In this document: positions 25,621 through 39,211 of the stretch, piece by piece
How positions within the stretch are numbered: the stretch's first letter is position 1
Layout: each line of letters starts with the position of its first letter
Assembly: GCA_028534125.1 (NCBI GenBank)
Contig: CM052818.1
Coordinates: 35,342,001-35,406,000, forward strand
From: Lama glama
Taxonomy: Eukaryota
DNA: 64,000 bases
Direction of reading: 5' to 3'
Made by a program: the position numbers and the translations under genes
The notes under the pieces: generated by a model
Database searches by the model: none
The model's input: the letters and a program-made list of their open reading frames with translations, nothing else
Told to the model about the DNA's origin: nothing

Positions 25621-28580
25621 AATTGGGTGTATATATTCAAAATCCCAGTCCTTTTGCACAACAGTTTTGTAACTGAAGCAGTGATGATGGTGACCATGTC
25701 AGTTATAATACCAGGACATTTTCATGATAGGAGTCCTCAAAAAAAATTTTTTTAAGTTGTTTTAAACCTCATCCATGGCCACTGTGGACGTCAGAACTAT
25801 AAAGGAGAAAACAAAAGCTAGTTAAAAGTATAGAGGAAAAACTAAAAGCTGCCTGTCAAGGTGGTAGGGTTCTTGGCAAGGGTGTTTATTTGGTGCTGGT
25901 TTTGTGGTGCAGCCCTTGGCGTGGGTGAGGACGATGCCTTGGTGCCAGGAGCAGCAGGGCTGTGCTTGGCGTAGGACCGCCATGGTAGACATATGCTGCT
26001 GTGTTGGGACTGTGGGTCCAGGAGCAGGTCTCTCCCCTTGGCACGGCTGCTTGGAAGAAGAAGGATGCTTCTAAGGGCAGGCGGGAAGCACTGTGTCCAG
26101 GCCTGGACCTTGGCCATGACAGTGGGTGCTGGAGCTGTGCAGTGCATGGCCTGCCTGGATGGTGCTGGATGGTTTTAGATGATGCTGGGTGACTTTGAGG
26201 GACACTTACTGACAAGTCTGATTGATTGAGTCACATACACAATGGAACCTAAAGACTGACCTGGGTCAGCTGCGTTTGTTGTGAGGACAGTGCATGCTGC
26301 TCATATCAGGGGGTGAGTGGAGGGAGGGGAGGAGGAAAGAGCATTTCCTTTCCTCTCTGTTTCTTTCCGGGGCGTCTGCCCTCAGGGTCAACACCCTGTG
26401 ACGTTCTGCTTTTCCCTCCTGCTTCCTTCCTCTTCTCACTAGCAACCAGAGGTTCTCTGAAAGTGTTTTTTCTTACAGAAGACCCTGGATGTTTCTAGGC
26501 CTCAGGGCAGCATTGAGACAAGGATCCTTATCTGCCTCTGACTTTGTACAGGGCTCTCCAGGGGCTCCTGAAGTCGGCCCAGCCTTGTCTGCTCCTGCCC
26601 TTTGCCCTTGGGGCCTCCAAAAGCAAAAAGCTTGGCTGGGCGGAACTAGAAGACATTCTTGAACACCATCTAGTCCAGCTCTCCCATTTTATGGTTGAGG
26701 AAGCTGAGGGCCAGAGATGCCAGAGTCTGGTTGAGAACTCACATCTGCTGACTCCGGCTTCAGTGTTCTTCCCAACCAGGCTCTGCCTCTTTCAGCTTCT
26801 GCATCCTTTTGAAGGTTTTGATGTGGGGGTGACCGGGGAGGTCTGTGCTCACAAACGGGGAGGGGCTTTGAGGGGGAATCGCTGACCGAGGGTGGACGGA
26901 GGCCTCGTGGAGTTCTTGGGTGGGACTGGCTCTCTGGTGGGCTCTCGGGAGTTGTCTCTGTGGGGTGGTGTGAGGGTGTAAGTCAGGGATGCCACTTCGT
27001 AGTGACCCCCTCACAGCTTTAGAGTTGAGAGATCTGGATTCAGCCCTCTGCTTTGACCCTGGAACATGGACAAGTCCTAGACTTTTTGAGCCTTAGATTC
27101 AACAGTAGAGAGTAGGAATGCTAGTAGCTGCCCGAAGAAGGAAGACCCACCACATGCTTCACACAGCGGCTGACCCAGGGGGCTGCTCTCAGTCTTGCTG
27201 TCTACTCACCTGTGTATTAGGGCAACGAATTAGAAACAGCTGTGCTGAGCTTAGACGCATGCATTACACCTGCGGTTTCTGTAGGGCTCACCTGTGGGGC
27301 AGGGAGCACCATCAGCCTGTCCCGGGCTTTAACTGATGCCCACCCCCCACCCCCATGTCCTGTCCCTAAGGAGGCTCCTCCCAGCTCCAGCTCCCCATCC
27401 ACACCTGCGGCAGAGCTGGGACTGGGGCCCCTGCCTCTGGGGCCCCTGGGGAGGGGCCGAGCCCGTGAAAGACCCGAGCCTGTGTCTTCTCCGGCTCCTG
27501 GTTTTCCAGGGAGCCCTGGCTGGAGGGGGATGGGAGAAGAAGTCCAGGAGGGAGGGGGAGCAGGGAAGCAGAACCGGGAACTGGAAGGGGAAGGGTGTGG
27601 GTGGGCCCAGATCCAGCCTGCCTCCCTCTTTCCTCCTCCTGCCAGTCCCCTCCCCGTTCTGGCTGGCGCACTGGAGGCGGGGGCTTGGCCTGGGCTTCTC
27701 CTAGGGGGTGGGGAGCAGGAGAACTCTGTGTCTCCGAGTGACGGGGGTTGAAGCCACAACACCCCCACCCCCAGCTGAGGCCTGCGGCACGGGCTTTGTT
27801 AGTTCACTGGCTTGCGGCCCATACCTGAAGCGGGGAGGCTGAAAAGCCCCTAAAATTCAGCCCTGTGTGTACGCAGGGCCCCCTCGAGCCCACCAGGTTC
27901 CCAGGGCAGATGGGGCTAGTTCACGGGGTTGGGGAGAGAGCGGCCTGGCATCCTCTCCCGGCCAGGGCCTCCCCTCAACAGCCCTGCAAACCTAGGCCTT
28001 CAGCCCGAATTCAGCCACAGCTTTCTCTGGGCCCAGACGCTGGTCCTAAAGTGAGGTGACATTCATTTCACTACATCCTGTGACTGCGGCTCACTTCCTC
28101 CACGTGGTGGGAGCGGTGTGGGGGTGGGGGGTGTGGGGAGGACAGATTAGAAGGAAAACGTAGCTGGGCTGGGGACCTCTGGGATTTCCCAGGGGGGTGG
28201 TTGGGGTGGGAGGGAGGGTGCGGGAAGCTTTCAAAGCAAAGAACAGACGTGAATGAAGAGAAGGGAGGAGGCGGGAGGCAGCTGGAGGTCCCAGAAGTGG
28301 CGCCCACTGTGCCACAGCAACGTGGAGGCTGAGGGAGGCAGGAGGCAGCCCTGAGGGAAGCCAGGCGGGGCGGTGCACCCAGCTGGCCTCAGTTTCTCCA
28401 CTCCCGGGGGTGCTGGGCTGCCCGTGAGCCTGGGAAAAGGAGTCAGGTCAGAGGAGCAGGCCTTACAGGCCAGTGTGGCCCTGAAGCTGAGGGCCTGGCC
28501 CCAGGAGGGATTGGGGGGTGCCAGGTGGAGCCTGGGTTGGGGTGCTCTGCCCTGCTGACCCCTCTTCTCTTCCCCCACAG

Positions 28581-28778
28581 GTGGAGCCATCGGAAGCCCA
28601 ACCCCACAGGCAGCCTGAGGCCGAGTTTCACCAGTTTCACTCCGCACTCACCACACTGGGATCTATGTCTAAGTTTTAACTCCTGCTGACCAAGACCAGG
28701 ATAATTCCTTCCCCAAAGCCAAGCAGCCCCCGAGCCCCACACAGCCCCAGCCTGCCTCCCACCGCCCAGCTGCCCGCG
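28581..28778 (+). other. DNMT3A: Exon 2, 5'UTR portion
   Basis: Acceptor cctcttctcttcccccacag|GTGGAGCCATC at 28580/28581. Confidence 0.92.
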
Positions 28779-28850
28779 ATGCCCGCGATGCCCGCCAGCG
28801 GCCCCGGGGACACCAGCGGCTCCGCTCCGGAGCGGGAGGAGGACCGCAAG
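28779..28850 (+). CDS. DNMT3A: DNMT3A exon 2 coding part (aa 1-24)
   Basis: ATG 28779; MPAMPASGPGDTSGSAPEREEDRK; donor AAG|gtgagc, phase 0. Confidence 0.97.
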
Positions 28851-30679
28851 GTGAGCAGCCGGCTCTACTGGGGACCCTCCAGCCGAGCCCGGGAAGGGAG
28901 GGGAGGGCAGGGCCCATCCCCAAGAAACACAGCTCCGGGGAGCGCTGGGGGTCGTTCAGTTTTCACACAGGGCTGTAGGGAGGATGGGCCTCCTTGTGTC
29001 AGTGAGCAAACTGAGGCTTGGAGAGGTTATATCCTGGTGGTCGGGCCCCAGGACCCAGGCTTTTAACCCTTGTAGTGCTTGAGCAGAGCTTCCAACCCCA
29101 AGTCTGTGCAGTTGTTAGGGGTTGGCCTGGCAGAGTCCCCAAAACTGTCTTCCTTTCTGCGTCAGCATCTTATTACTTGTGTATCCTTAGGTAAGTCACC
29201 TTACCTGGTTTAGTTGCCTGTTTCCACAAGGTGTTTGGTAGCTTCTGGGAGGCCAAAGACAAGTTTAGGGGGCTCTCGATGTTAGGCCCCTTGAGGGCTC
29301 CCTCTGTGGTGCAGACAGGCAGGCAGGCTCACTCGGTGCTCTGTGTGCTCAGGGCTCCCCCGTCACCGTCACCGGGGAGACGGTGATTTCCCGCCCCTAC
29401 CCTAGGCTCCAAGCAAGTGTCACTTCCTGGCCATGGAGCTAGTGATCTCCGGCCCTGTGAGGGATGACCTCTTCACCCTTCTCCCGAACTCCAGTATGGG
29501 CCTAAATCAGTTCAAGGAGATCACAGCAGACGTAGGAGTCCCTGCCGGGTCCCGACGGGTGGCCTTGGAACCTCAACAAACAGTGCCCACCTGTAGGCAA
29601 AGGCACTCAGATCCCCAGCACTTGGACTCTGTTTCCCCTCTGTCAGTGGAATGATAAACCCCACCTGCTGATCCTGGTCTCCACAGTTCCGTCTGCCTGC
29701 TCCCCTTTCCCTGAGCAGGGGAGTGGGGTATGATGCTTGGTGGTATCTGGGAGTAGCCGAGCATGCTCATGGGGCACACTATGTCCCTTTGGAACCAGAG
29801 TGGACCCCTGGCACCAGGTGTGGGGCCTCTGAGCACTCAGAGGAGTGTCCACTCTGCTGACCCACCATCAGGGCAGTTCCCAGATCTGCTCCCTGCTTAC
29901 CCTCCCCCAACGCGTGCTCCACTCCTTTTGGGCTGGCTCGTTTATACAGCCAGTTTCTGTTTTCGGGGTGGTTTCCATCTTTTGGTCCTTGAGGACAACC
30001 CTTGAAACAAGTGGGGCAAGGACAGATGGCCATGGTTCGCAGACAAGGAAGCTGAGCCTGGCTACTCAGCAGTGGGTCCAGATGAGAGCCTGGTCTCCTG
30101 CATCAGAGCCTTTCCACTGCTCCACCTGTGTGGGTCCTGGCTTGGACACACACATACACACAGGCAGGCATGAAGGCCAGACACCTGCCTTCTCAGCCCA
30201 GAATTCTGCAGAGTGCCACGGGATGGGGGCCACTGGGCAGGGCTCCTAGGAGTTACAGGTCAGTCCCCTTCTTTCTGATCCCACGGCCCTCTGGGCTACT
30301 CCCACCTAGGACTCGGGCAGCAGCAGACCGAGACCCTGCCGCCACAGAGTCAGGGCCACCTGCAGCCACCTGTGCTCTTGAGTGGCAGCTGTGGCCATAG
30401 ATAATCCCCTCCCCTTCTTGGGCCTGGCTTTACTCCTTTGTTAGATTAGGTGACCCTGACCCCTCTCCCCCTGTCTGATGTCCTGACTGGTGCTGACACA
30501 GCTCCGTGTTCATGCACTTGCAGTTGGGGGTCAGCTTACCCGCCTCCCCCGGTTGGGGGTGGTGAGGACAGCTGGGTCACATTCCTCCTGTTACTGAGTA
30601 GGGCTTTCCTAGGCTACAGAGCCCCCAGCCCCTCCCCTGGGGAGCAGCAGACAGGCTCTCTATCACAACAGTTCAGGAC

Positions 30680-30920
30680 ATAGAAAAAGCACTGGACGGA
30701 GAGTCACAAGTCCCGGGCCCAAGGCCTGAGTGTGTCACTTACTGGAGATGTGACTTCAGGCCCTCCGGGCTTGCGTTTGCTCAGCTGTAAAATGGGGATA
30801 GTAACTCTAGCCATGCCTGTTTTATGGGGTGGTTGTGGAAGTCAGATGAGGTCATGGGCATGGAGTGCCCTGCAAACAGCAAAGTCTGGTCCAATTATGA
30901 GGGATTACGATTGCTATTAT
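30680..30920 (+). mobile_element. MIR SINE
   Basis: gaaaaagcactggac...ctcagctgtaaaatggggatagtaac...gggtggttgtggaag. Confidence 0.7.
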
Positions 30921-31499
30921 TATCCACCCATAGTAACTGCTCTGGCTCGAGAGGCAGCACACGCACATCCAGGCCCCGAGCCGGGTGCTGATGGAGGGAG
31001 CTGATAGACAGGGGCGGGTGCCCCTCCCCGGTCTGCACGCTGGCTCACCTGGCACACCTCCCTGGCACCTCTGGGCTGGCTCCCACAGCTCCAGGGAGCC
31101 GCCCTGGGAGGGTGGGCAGAGGCGCTGACAGCCGCCCACCGCAGCCTGCGAAAGCCAGGCCTGGGGCAGGGGTGCCGTGTGGCTGCAGAGGGGAAGATGG
31201 GCTTGGGCTGCGGCCCAAGGAGCCTGGCGGAGTTTCCCGGGGCACCTGGCACAAAGGAACTGTTGGGTGAGCCAGAGGAAGGGGTGTGGCTGCCCAGTGG
31301 CCCCTTCACCACCGGCCCCACATGCCCTTCCCGCCGCCCTCCTGGCCACGCCTCGTGCACCTTTCACTCCAGGGCTTCCTGGAGCTGCCAGGCCTTTGTT
31401 TATGCTGCGTCCTCTGCCTGGTATGCCCTTTCCCTGATTTTCTTTCCTCCTCTCTGATCAAAGGCCTGGCTTCAGTCTGCCTTGAATCACAGAGAGAAC

Positions 31500-31668
31500 C
31501 AGCGGTTCTCCAAATGTGATCCCTAGACCAGCAGTACCAGTGGTACCTGGAAGGGCTAGACATGCCACAGCCCGGGCCCCACCCCGGCCTGCTGAGTCAG
31601 GAACCTGGCGACGAGACCCAGCAGTCCTTGTTCTCACCGGCCCTCTCGGAGACTTGAAAAGTACAGTG
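31500..31668 (+). mobile_element. MER5A-like hAT DNA transposon
   Basis: cagcggttctccaaatgtgatccctagaccagcag...cccaccccggcctgctgagtcaggaac. Confidence 0.7.
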
Positions 31669-32324
31669 TGGCTAACATCCAGCCCCGTGCTGCCCCTGGA
31701 GGGCAGGGCCCCAGCCACTGCCGTCTGACTCCTCAGGCCTGACTAGCACAGAGTAGGTGCTCAGGACGTGTTTTGTGGCTTGGATAGAAAGGAAGTTGAG
31801 AGTGATAAGACCTCTCCACAGGAGGACAATCCCAGAACCTGGATCAAGCCGGCAGGGGGAGGCGGCCATGCTTGTGGCCGGGACTGTAGACGTCTGGGTA
31901 TGTGGTGTCCTCTGGCGTCGGGCCAGCATCCCTTCTCCCTGCAGCCTCCCCCACCCTACCATGCATACGTTGGGCAGGGAGGGCTGAGCTCTGGGGCTCT
32001 GGCTGGGGAGGGTCAGCTGGGTAAATGTGGCCACAGAAAAGGGAGGGGGAGCCGGGCAGGGAGGTGAGCAGCAGGGAGGCCAGGAGCCTTGGTCCTGGCT
32101 CAGAGGGGATCATGGAGCTAGGGTGCCAGGCCTCGTGCGGAGGAGGGAGAGGGGAGAGGGAGCAGGAAAGGGGACCAAGAGCACTCCAAGCCTTGGGGCT
32201 GGAAGGGCGTCCTCAGATCCCCAAATGTGAATCAGTGCCTGGCCACGAGTGCAGATCCCGGGCTGGGCCCCTGATCTTAAGCTCCCCCTTCCCTCTGGCC
32301 TCAGAAACAACAGATGCATTGAGT

Positions 32325-32530
32325 GCTGACTATCTGCCAGGTGCTCTTTTAAGCTCTGTATTTGCATCATCTTATTTCATCCTTACAATTTCTCCATAAG
32401 ATAGGCTCTATTATTTTTATCACTCTATCCTATCAAAGACTAAACTGATGCTCAGAGAGGTTGGGTCATTTGTCTAAGGCCACACAGCTAGCAAGTGGTG
32501 ATGGTCCTGGAATTGAAACCCAGGCTTCTG
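32325..32530 (-). mobile_element. MIR SINE
   Basis: attgagtgctgactatctgccaggtgc...aaactgatgctcagagaggttgggtcatttgtctaaggccacacagctagcaagtgg. Confidence 0.75.
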
Positions 32531-35500
32531 TGCCTTTCAGGCTGCCTCCTGTGTGGAGGGGGATAGAGTGGACGGTGCCTCTCAGCTGTGAGGTTCCATA
32601 GTCCGATCCACGTTCTTCTGCTGAAGGTTCAAGAATGTGTATGTAAACAAAAAGTCAGGATGGTCAGAGAAAGCTTTTCTCTGTGTAGCTGTGCTCTTAC
32701 ATGAGGTGGAGGTTGGGGGCACTTCATCTCCAGCAGGGGTTCACATACACCGGCTTACATGCGTGACCATGGGTGCATGTGCACACTTGCATGCACACAC
32801 ACACAAGATACACGCTTTTCTGTGAAGACACAGCTGGGACACATTGCTTCTTTCTCTTTCTCCTTTCCTCTCTGTACACATAGCTTCTCTTTCCTTCTCT
32901 TCAGACTTAGGTACCTTTCCAGGTACAGTAGGGCTCCACAAATCTGTTGGATGAACAGGATAAACATTGCTGGAGGACCTAGTAAAGGGAAGGGGATAGG
33001 AAGATACAAGGATGAATAAGCCATGCCTGGAGGAGGGAGGTCCTCCTTTGTGCAGGGGGAGCACAGCAAGTGTGCCCGTGTGCGTGTGTGTGTGTGTACA
33101 TGTGTGTATGCCGGGGCTCCTCCCTCTTCACCTAAGTCCAACCCAGAGGCTTGGGGTGTACTGATTTCCCTTGGGTGCCGACCACTTCCTGTGCTCTGGT
33201 TCTCAAGCTCAAGGGCATCCTTGGGTGGGTTCCCCCTGGCTCCACTCTCAGCTGTTCCTCCTGGCCCACAGATCCGGTGCCAGCCCCTGGGCACGCTCTG
33301 CCTTTAGTGCACTCAGATGCCCACACATGGCCACTCAGGGCCTGTTCTTTTCTTTATAATCGTCACTATGGGGGTCATTGAAATAGTATCCCTCTGATGC
33401 ACTTAAACAGTTCCAGGAAAGGTAGTTCTGCCCTCACCTCTTCAGGAACACAGCTGGTAATAATGGCGCATCCCTTTTCAGCTCAGTGGAGTCGATTAGA
33501 TGCTCCAGTGTGGAGAGCAGACAGTGATGTAAGTAGTGCCCACTCCCAAGCTGACCAGGACCTGTATTTTAAGCTTCAGTTTCTCTAAGCTTCTCTAAGT
33601 TAGATGCTCTTACATGTCAAGTTTTACTTTGCAGTCACTGCAGCCTTGAGTGGGGGTCACTTGGACTCTGGAGACAGACCTGTGTTTGAATATGGACTCG
33701 GCTGCATGACTGCTGAGCAGGGAAATGAGAGGTTTACCCGAGACAGCACGTGAGAGTGGTTAACACAGGGACCTGGCACAGCTGAAGTTAGTCTTAGAAT
33801 TTATTTTGGACTATTAACTAGCTGTCTATCTACCAACCTATCAACACACTTGCGGTGAAGATGCACTGTGGCCCCAGAGACTGCAGGGCGTGGAGAAGAG
33901 TGGGGAAGATGCAGGTGAGAGTGCGAATGGTGTGGGTTTCAAGTCCCCTGAGAAGCTGGCGTGTGGAAGAAGGTTACTTGTCCCAGTGTTTGCAGGCACA
34001 GCAGGCCTGTGGGCCCCTCTTCCCTTTACCCTCGAACAGAAGCGAAACTAAGGCCAGTTGCAAGATGACCTCACTCCTGATGGCAGGGGCTGTGGCCACC
34101 TTCAGAGGCCTGTGTGAGGGGCCACAGCTGGGCTCCAGGTCCCTCAGGTCCCTCATCCCCGACCAGGCTGGGGATGGGGCCCATCCTGGCCAGGAAGCTG
34201 GTGCCCCAGGGCCTAGGTGGGGAAGCTGAGCTCAGCTCTGCAGAGGGAGCTGGGCTGGAGTGGGTGTCCCAGGACGACTGAGAAATGGGGGGATGCCCTT
34301 CCTTTCTGGCACCTGGGTTGAGCACTGGGCCAGGTCTTGCCCTGCAGCTGCCTCTGTGCGAAGCCACAGGGCAATTAGGGCTATTACTTATAATCATCCC
34401 ACTTAACATCTAAGGGAGTTTCCTTTGTCCAACAATTATCTCACGTAATCTTCACAATAACTCGAGGCACCCACTGTGATTATCCCCATTTCACAGATGA
34501 GGAGTTGAGGCTTCGAAAGGTTGAGAAACTTGGCAAAGGTCACATGGCTATGAAGTAGTTTAGTCTGGATTCTTTCCGTCTAGGTTGCCTAGTGAGGTGG
34601 GGATGAGATGTGGGGCTGCACAGAGCCTGGTGGGCTGCCGAAGAAGCGAATGAGGGTGGGTTTGGGGGCCATGGAGGCGGCTGCAAGCAGAGTGGGTGTA
34701 CTCTATCCCGACCCTCAGCACAGCGTCAGGCACTTGTGTGTCTCTGTGGTGTTTCTCCTTCTGAATGGAGTTCTCTATTTGCTTATCTTTATAGCCAGTA
34801 CACAGTAGGTGTTCAGTAAATGTTTTGGGGCATGCCCGCGGGCCTGGCCTCATGGTGGACCTAGGGCCACAAAGGTGGGCACAGCTGGGCTGTGCTGGCC
34901 TGGCTGCATGCTTGGGGAACTCTGGAAGGCAGTAGGGCCCCTGCATGGTGCACAGGGCCTGGGAAAACCCACATGTGCAGGTACCTGGGAGCTGGGGGGC
35001 CTTGGAGAGGCCGCTGCTCTTCAGGAGAGTGACCTTTTGAAAGGGATGGGAGACCTTCATCAATAATTATAATACAAAACTCACCAAGCAGTCAGTGAAT
35101 ACTTGTTGAATAATGTTGATTTGTTGAAACAAAGTCCTGGTGAGCTTTGGGAGGTGACGGAGAGCACAAAAGGCAGGGGGGCTTTTGGGGGGCTGTGTGG
35201 AAGCCCCTGCATCCCCAGCGGCTCCTGGTGCCCCTGCCCCGCCCGCCTGTCTTCCTGCAGCACGCCCTGGGGCACAGCCCTCTGCGAGCCTGGCCTGGGT
35301 GCACCGGTCTGTGCGTGTGTGAGCGCGGTGTGGTCTGCAGGTCCTGTGTGCCCGTACCTCTGTGTGCCTGGTGCTCAGGCAGCCCGGAGGGGGCCTCCGC
35401 CTGCCGGAGAAGCCAGTTCGTTTCACTGAATTCCACGACCACAGACAGGCCCTGGGAGGCCGGCCAGCCAGCTGGCAAAGGCTGTACGTGCTTCTTGTCC

Positions 35501-36454
35501 CAGGGGGCCCGGGCAAGTGGCTGACTAGATCCGGCAAGTTCATCCCCTCGACTCACACACCAACTTGAGACATCTGCTCAACGGATGCTGGGTCCGGAGC
35601 ATCCGGTGTACGTTCTGAAGGGAGCACGTACATGTAGCTGTCTGTCTCTGGGTGAGGACCTTGGGGGACGTGTCTCTCTTAGGGGGTGGGTCCCTGTCTA
35701 GGCATGAGGCCCCTGAGACACTCTGTGTGGATGTGTGCATGTGAATGCCAGTGTAACCTTTACCGTGGCTTGCCTGCCTGCTCATGGTCTCTCTGTGTGT
35801 GTGTGTGTCTATGTCTGTGTCTACACGTGCACACACCTATGTCAGTAGCATACGGTGTAGTGGCATGTTGCTGTGGAAAGACCCCTGGGCTAGGAATCGA
35901 AGGACTTAAAATTGGGTTCTAAAGGCCTCCCTTCCTGGCTCTCCGATCTCTGAAAGTTAGATAACCACTCTGAGTTTCAGATTTCCCGCCTGGGTAGTGG
36001 GAAAAAATAATGCCAGTTCTGCTTTCTGTAAAGTGTTAAGAATGAAATGAAATAACGTATGTGAAAATGCTTTGTTAATTACCACGTACTGTACAAATGA
36101 GAGATTATTATTGTCATGGCCCAGCTCATCAGAATGAGAAGTTGTGTGTGGCTTAAAATAATCCATCCAGTGAGCTGTGTTAAAATGTAGGTCAAATCAT
36201 AGCCTCAGAAGTTGAGAGAGGCTGATGGTAACTACTTAATCTAACAGGCCACCAAATGTGAAGGGGCTTTGAAAGCTGTAAAAAGTTACATAAATGTAAA
36301 GTGACATGATTATGTTTAAGCCTAGAAGATACATTTTAGTCATCCTGTTTCCTGATTTGGAGTCTTAAAGATCTGAGCAGCACTGGAGTCTCCTACCTGG
36401 TTGTACTGGTGCAGGTTTGTTGATTTTTACAGGTTGCCTCTCTCTATGTGTATG

Positions 36455-37000
36455 GACACGTTTACTGAGCACCTACTATGTGACAGTCACTCATCAAGTA
36501 TTTTGAGTGCCTGCCCTGTGCCAGAGCCTCCCTCTAGGCACTAGGGATGAATGCCAAAGTGAATAAGACATAGTCCCTTCCCTCGAGGGGCTTGTAGCCT
36601 GGCTAGGATGATCGCTGGCGGTTGCAGCACTGGATTGTGGGCACTTGGATTATGGGCGCTACAGGAGAGGGAGGACACATGGACTCCGTCTAGGTAGGAT
36701 ATGGGAGGGACCCGGGGAAGGGAAGTGAGGTTGGAAAAGTCAGGGCTTGCTGGCCAACCTGAGGAGACGGTAGTCAGGGCAGAAGGAAGGGTCTATGCCA
36801 AGGTCCCGGGGAGGGAAGCAGCCCGCTTTTGCACCTGGCATGGTCAGTTTGCGATGGGTTGCGGGGCAGCTGGCCAGATCTTAGGGGCTTCCTTCACCGG
36901 GGCTAAGGAGCTTGGCTTGATCCTGCAGGGCCCTGGGAGCCCCCTCAGCAAGGGCTTAAGCTCTGCAGAGTGACATAATCAGCTTTGCATTTTGGAAAGA
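36455..37000 (-). mobile_element. L2 LINE fragment
   Basis: tttactgagcacctactatgtg...gtgaataagacatagtcccttccctc, followed by degraded L2 body. Confidence 0.6.
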
Positions 37001-37179
37001 CCATGGAGCCCCAGTGTTCCTGAGTATCTCACTGCAGCGGGACCAGCCAGATGTTGGGGTTTGTCTGTAGCCGTGAGTGATGGCTGCACATGCGGGGCGG
37101 TGAGCTGGGATCTGCCTAGGGACAGGGAGGGAGCAGAGGAAGTTAACAATTCTTGAGTGACTCTCACGTGTCAGCTTTC

Positions 37180-37320
37180 CACATATTACTTCATTTAATT
37201 GTTATAGCATTACTGTGAAGTAGATATTCCCCTCCCCGTTTTATAGGTGAGGAAAGCGAGACTCAGAGAGGTTCAGTAGCTGGAAGGGACTAGTGAGTAA
37301 AGAGCAGAGTGAAAGCTCAG
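37180..37320 (-). mobile_element. MIR SINE
   Basis: catattacttcatttaatt...ccccgttttataggtgaggaaagcgagactcagagaggtt. Confidence 0.7.
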
Positions 37321-39120
37321 CCTGCCCCCACCCTCTCCAAAGCCCATCTCACTAGACTTTCTGCCCCGCGCCTGCCACCACCCACTGGAAGGACTGACTA
37401 ATTCAGTCCCCTCACTTGACAGATGAGGAAACCAACCTGGTCTCAAATCTGTTCCTGCTAAATTTGTTACTGTTTTCCAGCTGCTCCAAGTCACTGTGGA
37501 TCAGATTCTTCCCTTTCAGAGTATTAGTGACGCCTCCTAGCTCAGTGCTACTTGCAGATTTGATAAGCATATTTTACATTCCTTTGCTCAACCCATCAGC
37601 AAAGATATTGAATGAAATAGGCCCCGTGACAGATGCGAGAATGAACCCCTCGATACGCCTCCTTGAGGGGCACGGCCCCGAGCCATCTGCTCACCCTGCT
37701 CAGTGTATCATCCCTCTCACTCATGGGTGTGAACGTAGGCAGGCCCAGAGCAGAAGGTATTGCCACCTTCCTTCGCCCTTCATGGCACTACACCTTGGAA
37801 GAATGGCATGTTGGCGAAAAAGAACGTGCATTTCACAAAGTTGTGCTTTAGGACTGGATAGAAAGTGTTGGCTGGAGTCGCTCAGACTTGGGTGCGTGTC
37901 CTGACCTGAGCTCTCATGGAGAGTTGGTTTCCTAAGCACACCCCAGGGTACCTGAGACCCGGGTGCTGAACTGGGCATTGAGTGCTGTGCCCCTCACACA
38001 CCCGCCAACCCCCTGGCCTGAGGAACAGGCTAAGTGTGCGGCCCTGGGGCTCCCTGTTCTCAACGTGCCAGGACCTGGACAGGTGGTGTGGTGTCAGGGC
38101 CCTCCACCCCTTCCTCCTGAGAGTGCCGCACTGAATTAAGTTCAACAGGGAAAGATGTGCTGAGCATCTCCTGTGCAGAGTACATGTCTGGCTTAAGGTG
38201 AGGAATGACAGCAAGTTTCCAGACGGCACAGGGGTGGCCTATCAGGGGCCCTCAAAGACTTTCTCCATATGCCAGTGGAAGATGGGGCTTGCTGGGCAGG
38301 TATCTTGGTTTTAGTGTGGCCTAATAACCATGCTTCCTTAGTGCTGATCTGTGGCTTTGATTGGCTTTCATGTCTCTGATTAGTTTAGAGTAAAAGTTAG
38401 AAAAGCAAGTGGATCTCTCTGTAAGAAATGCCGTTCATTAAAGAAATAGTTCATAGCCCAGAATTTCTGGGTGGTAGGAATCTTTCCAGACTCCATGGCT
38501 GCCCCAACTGGTTCTGACCCACCTCAGCACCCCTCTGGGCTGCAGCCCCGTGCATTATGGTCCCATGGGCCCAACCACCAGGAATGGTCAGAGGCTCAGC
38601 CAGGTCTGGCCTAGTGCTCTCTGGGCAAGCATAGGTAGGAGGTGAGCCTCCTGCCCCTGGGGAATATGTAAATAGTCCTCTCATCTGGGGACATGTGGAA
38701 AACCCTCTAAGTGCTGGGCCTGCTCTGGGCTCTGGGAATTCAGCAGTGAACAAAACAGACAAAGGGATAAACCATTTGTTCATCTGTCTTCTTAAAAACC
38801 TGAGAAGCAGGCAGAAAAAAAAAAAAATCACCTTCATACCCCCATTTTACGGATGAGGAAATTGAGGCTCCGAGAGAACAGTCCTGGATCTAGCACATGG
38901 ACAAGCCGGTCTCATACCTATTTCAGTTTGCTCTAAGCCCTGTGCCTTTCCACTACTTCCCATGGCCTCCAACTGTCTTGTAAATGCTGAGTTACCTGGT
39001 CAGCATGATTAAGGTGGCGTCCTTTTAGCCATGGTAGAATCAGACCAAAAGCACCATCTCAGCCTGAAATTCACCTGCACTTGTGTAGATACAGTCAGAA
39101 CCTTCACAGATATTAAGCTG

Positions 39121-39211
39121 CATTAATTATCAGAGAAATGCAAATCAAAACTACAATGAGGGAGCCCCTCACACCAGTTAGAATGACCATCATTTAAACT
39201 TCCACAAATGA
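39121..39211 (+). mobile_element. Outer L1, 5' piece (split by inner L1)
   Basis: cattaattatcagagaaatgcaaatcaaaactacaatgag...tccacaaatga; sequence resumes at 40994. Confidence 0.8.

Noticed and set aside
28601..28612. Second ccccacag|g acceptor-like motif 29 nt into exon 2
   Set aside because: No polypyrimidine tract of its own and directly downstream of a strong acceptor; no support for use.
28851..29066. ORF extension past exon 2 (and the similar 43292-43819 ORF around exon 3)
   Set aside because: DNMT3A similarity stops exactly at consensus splice sites; the extensions are intronic.
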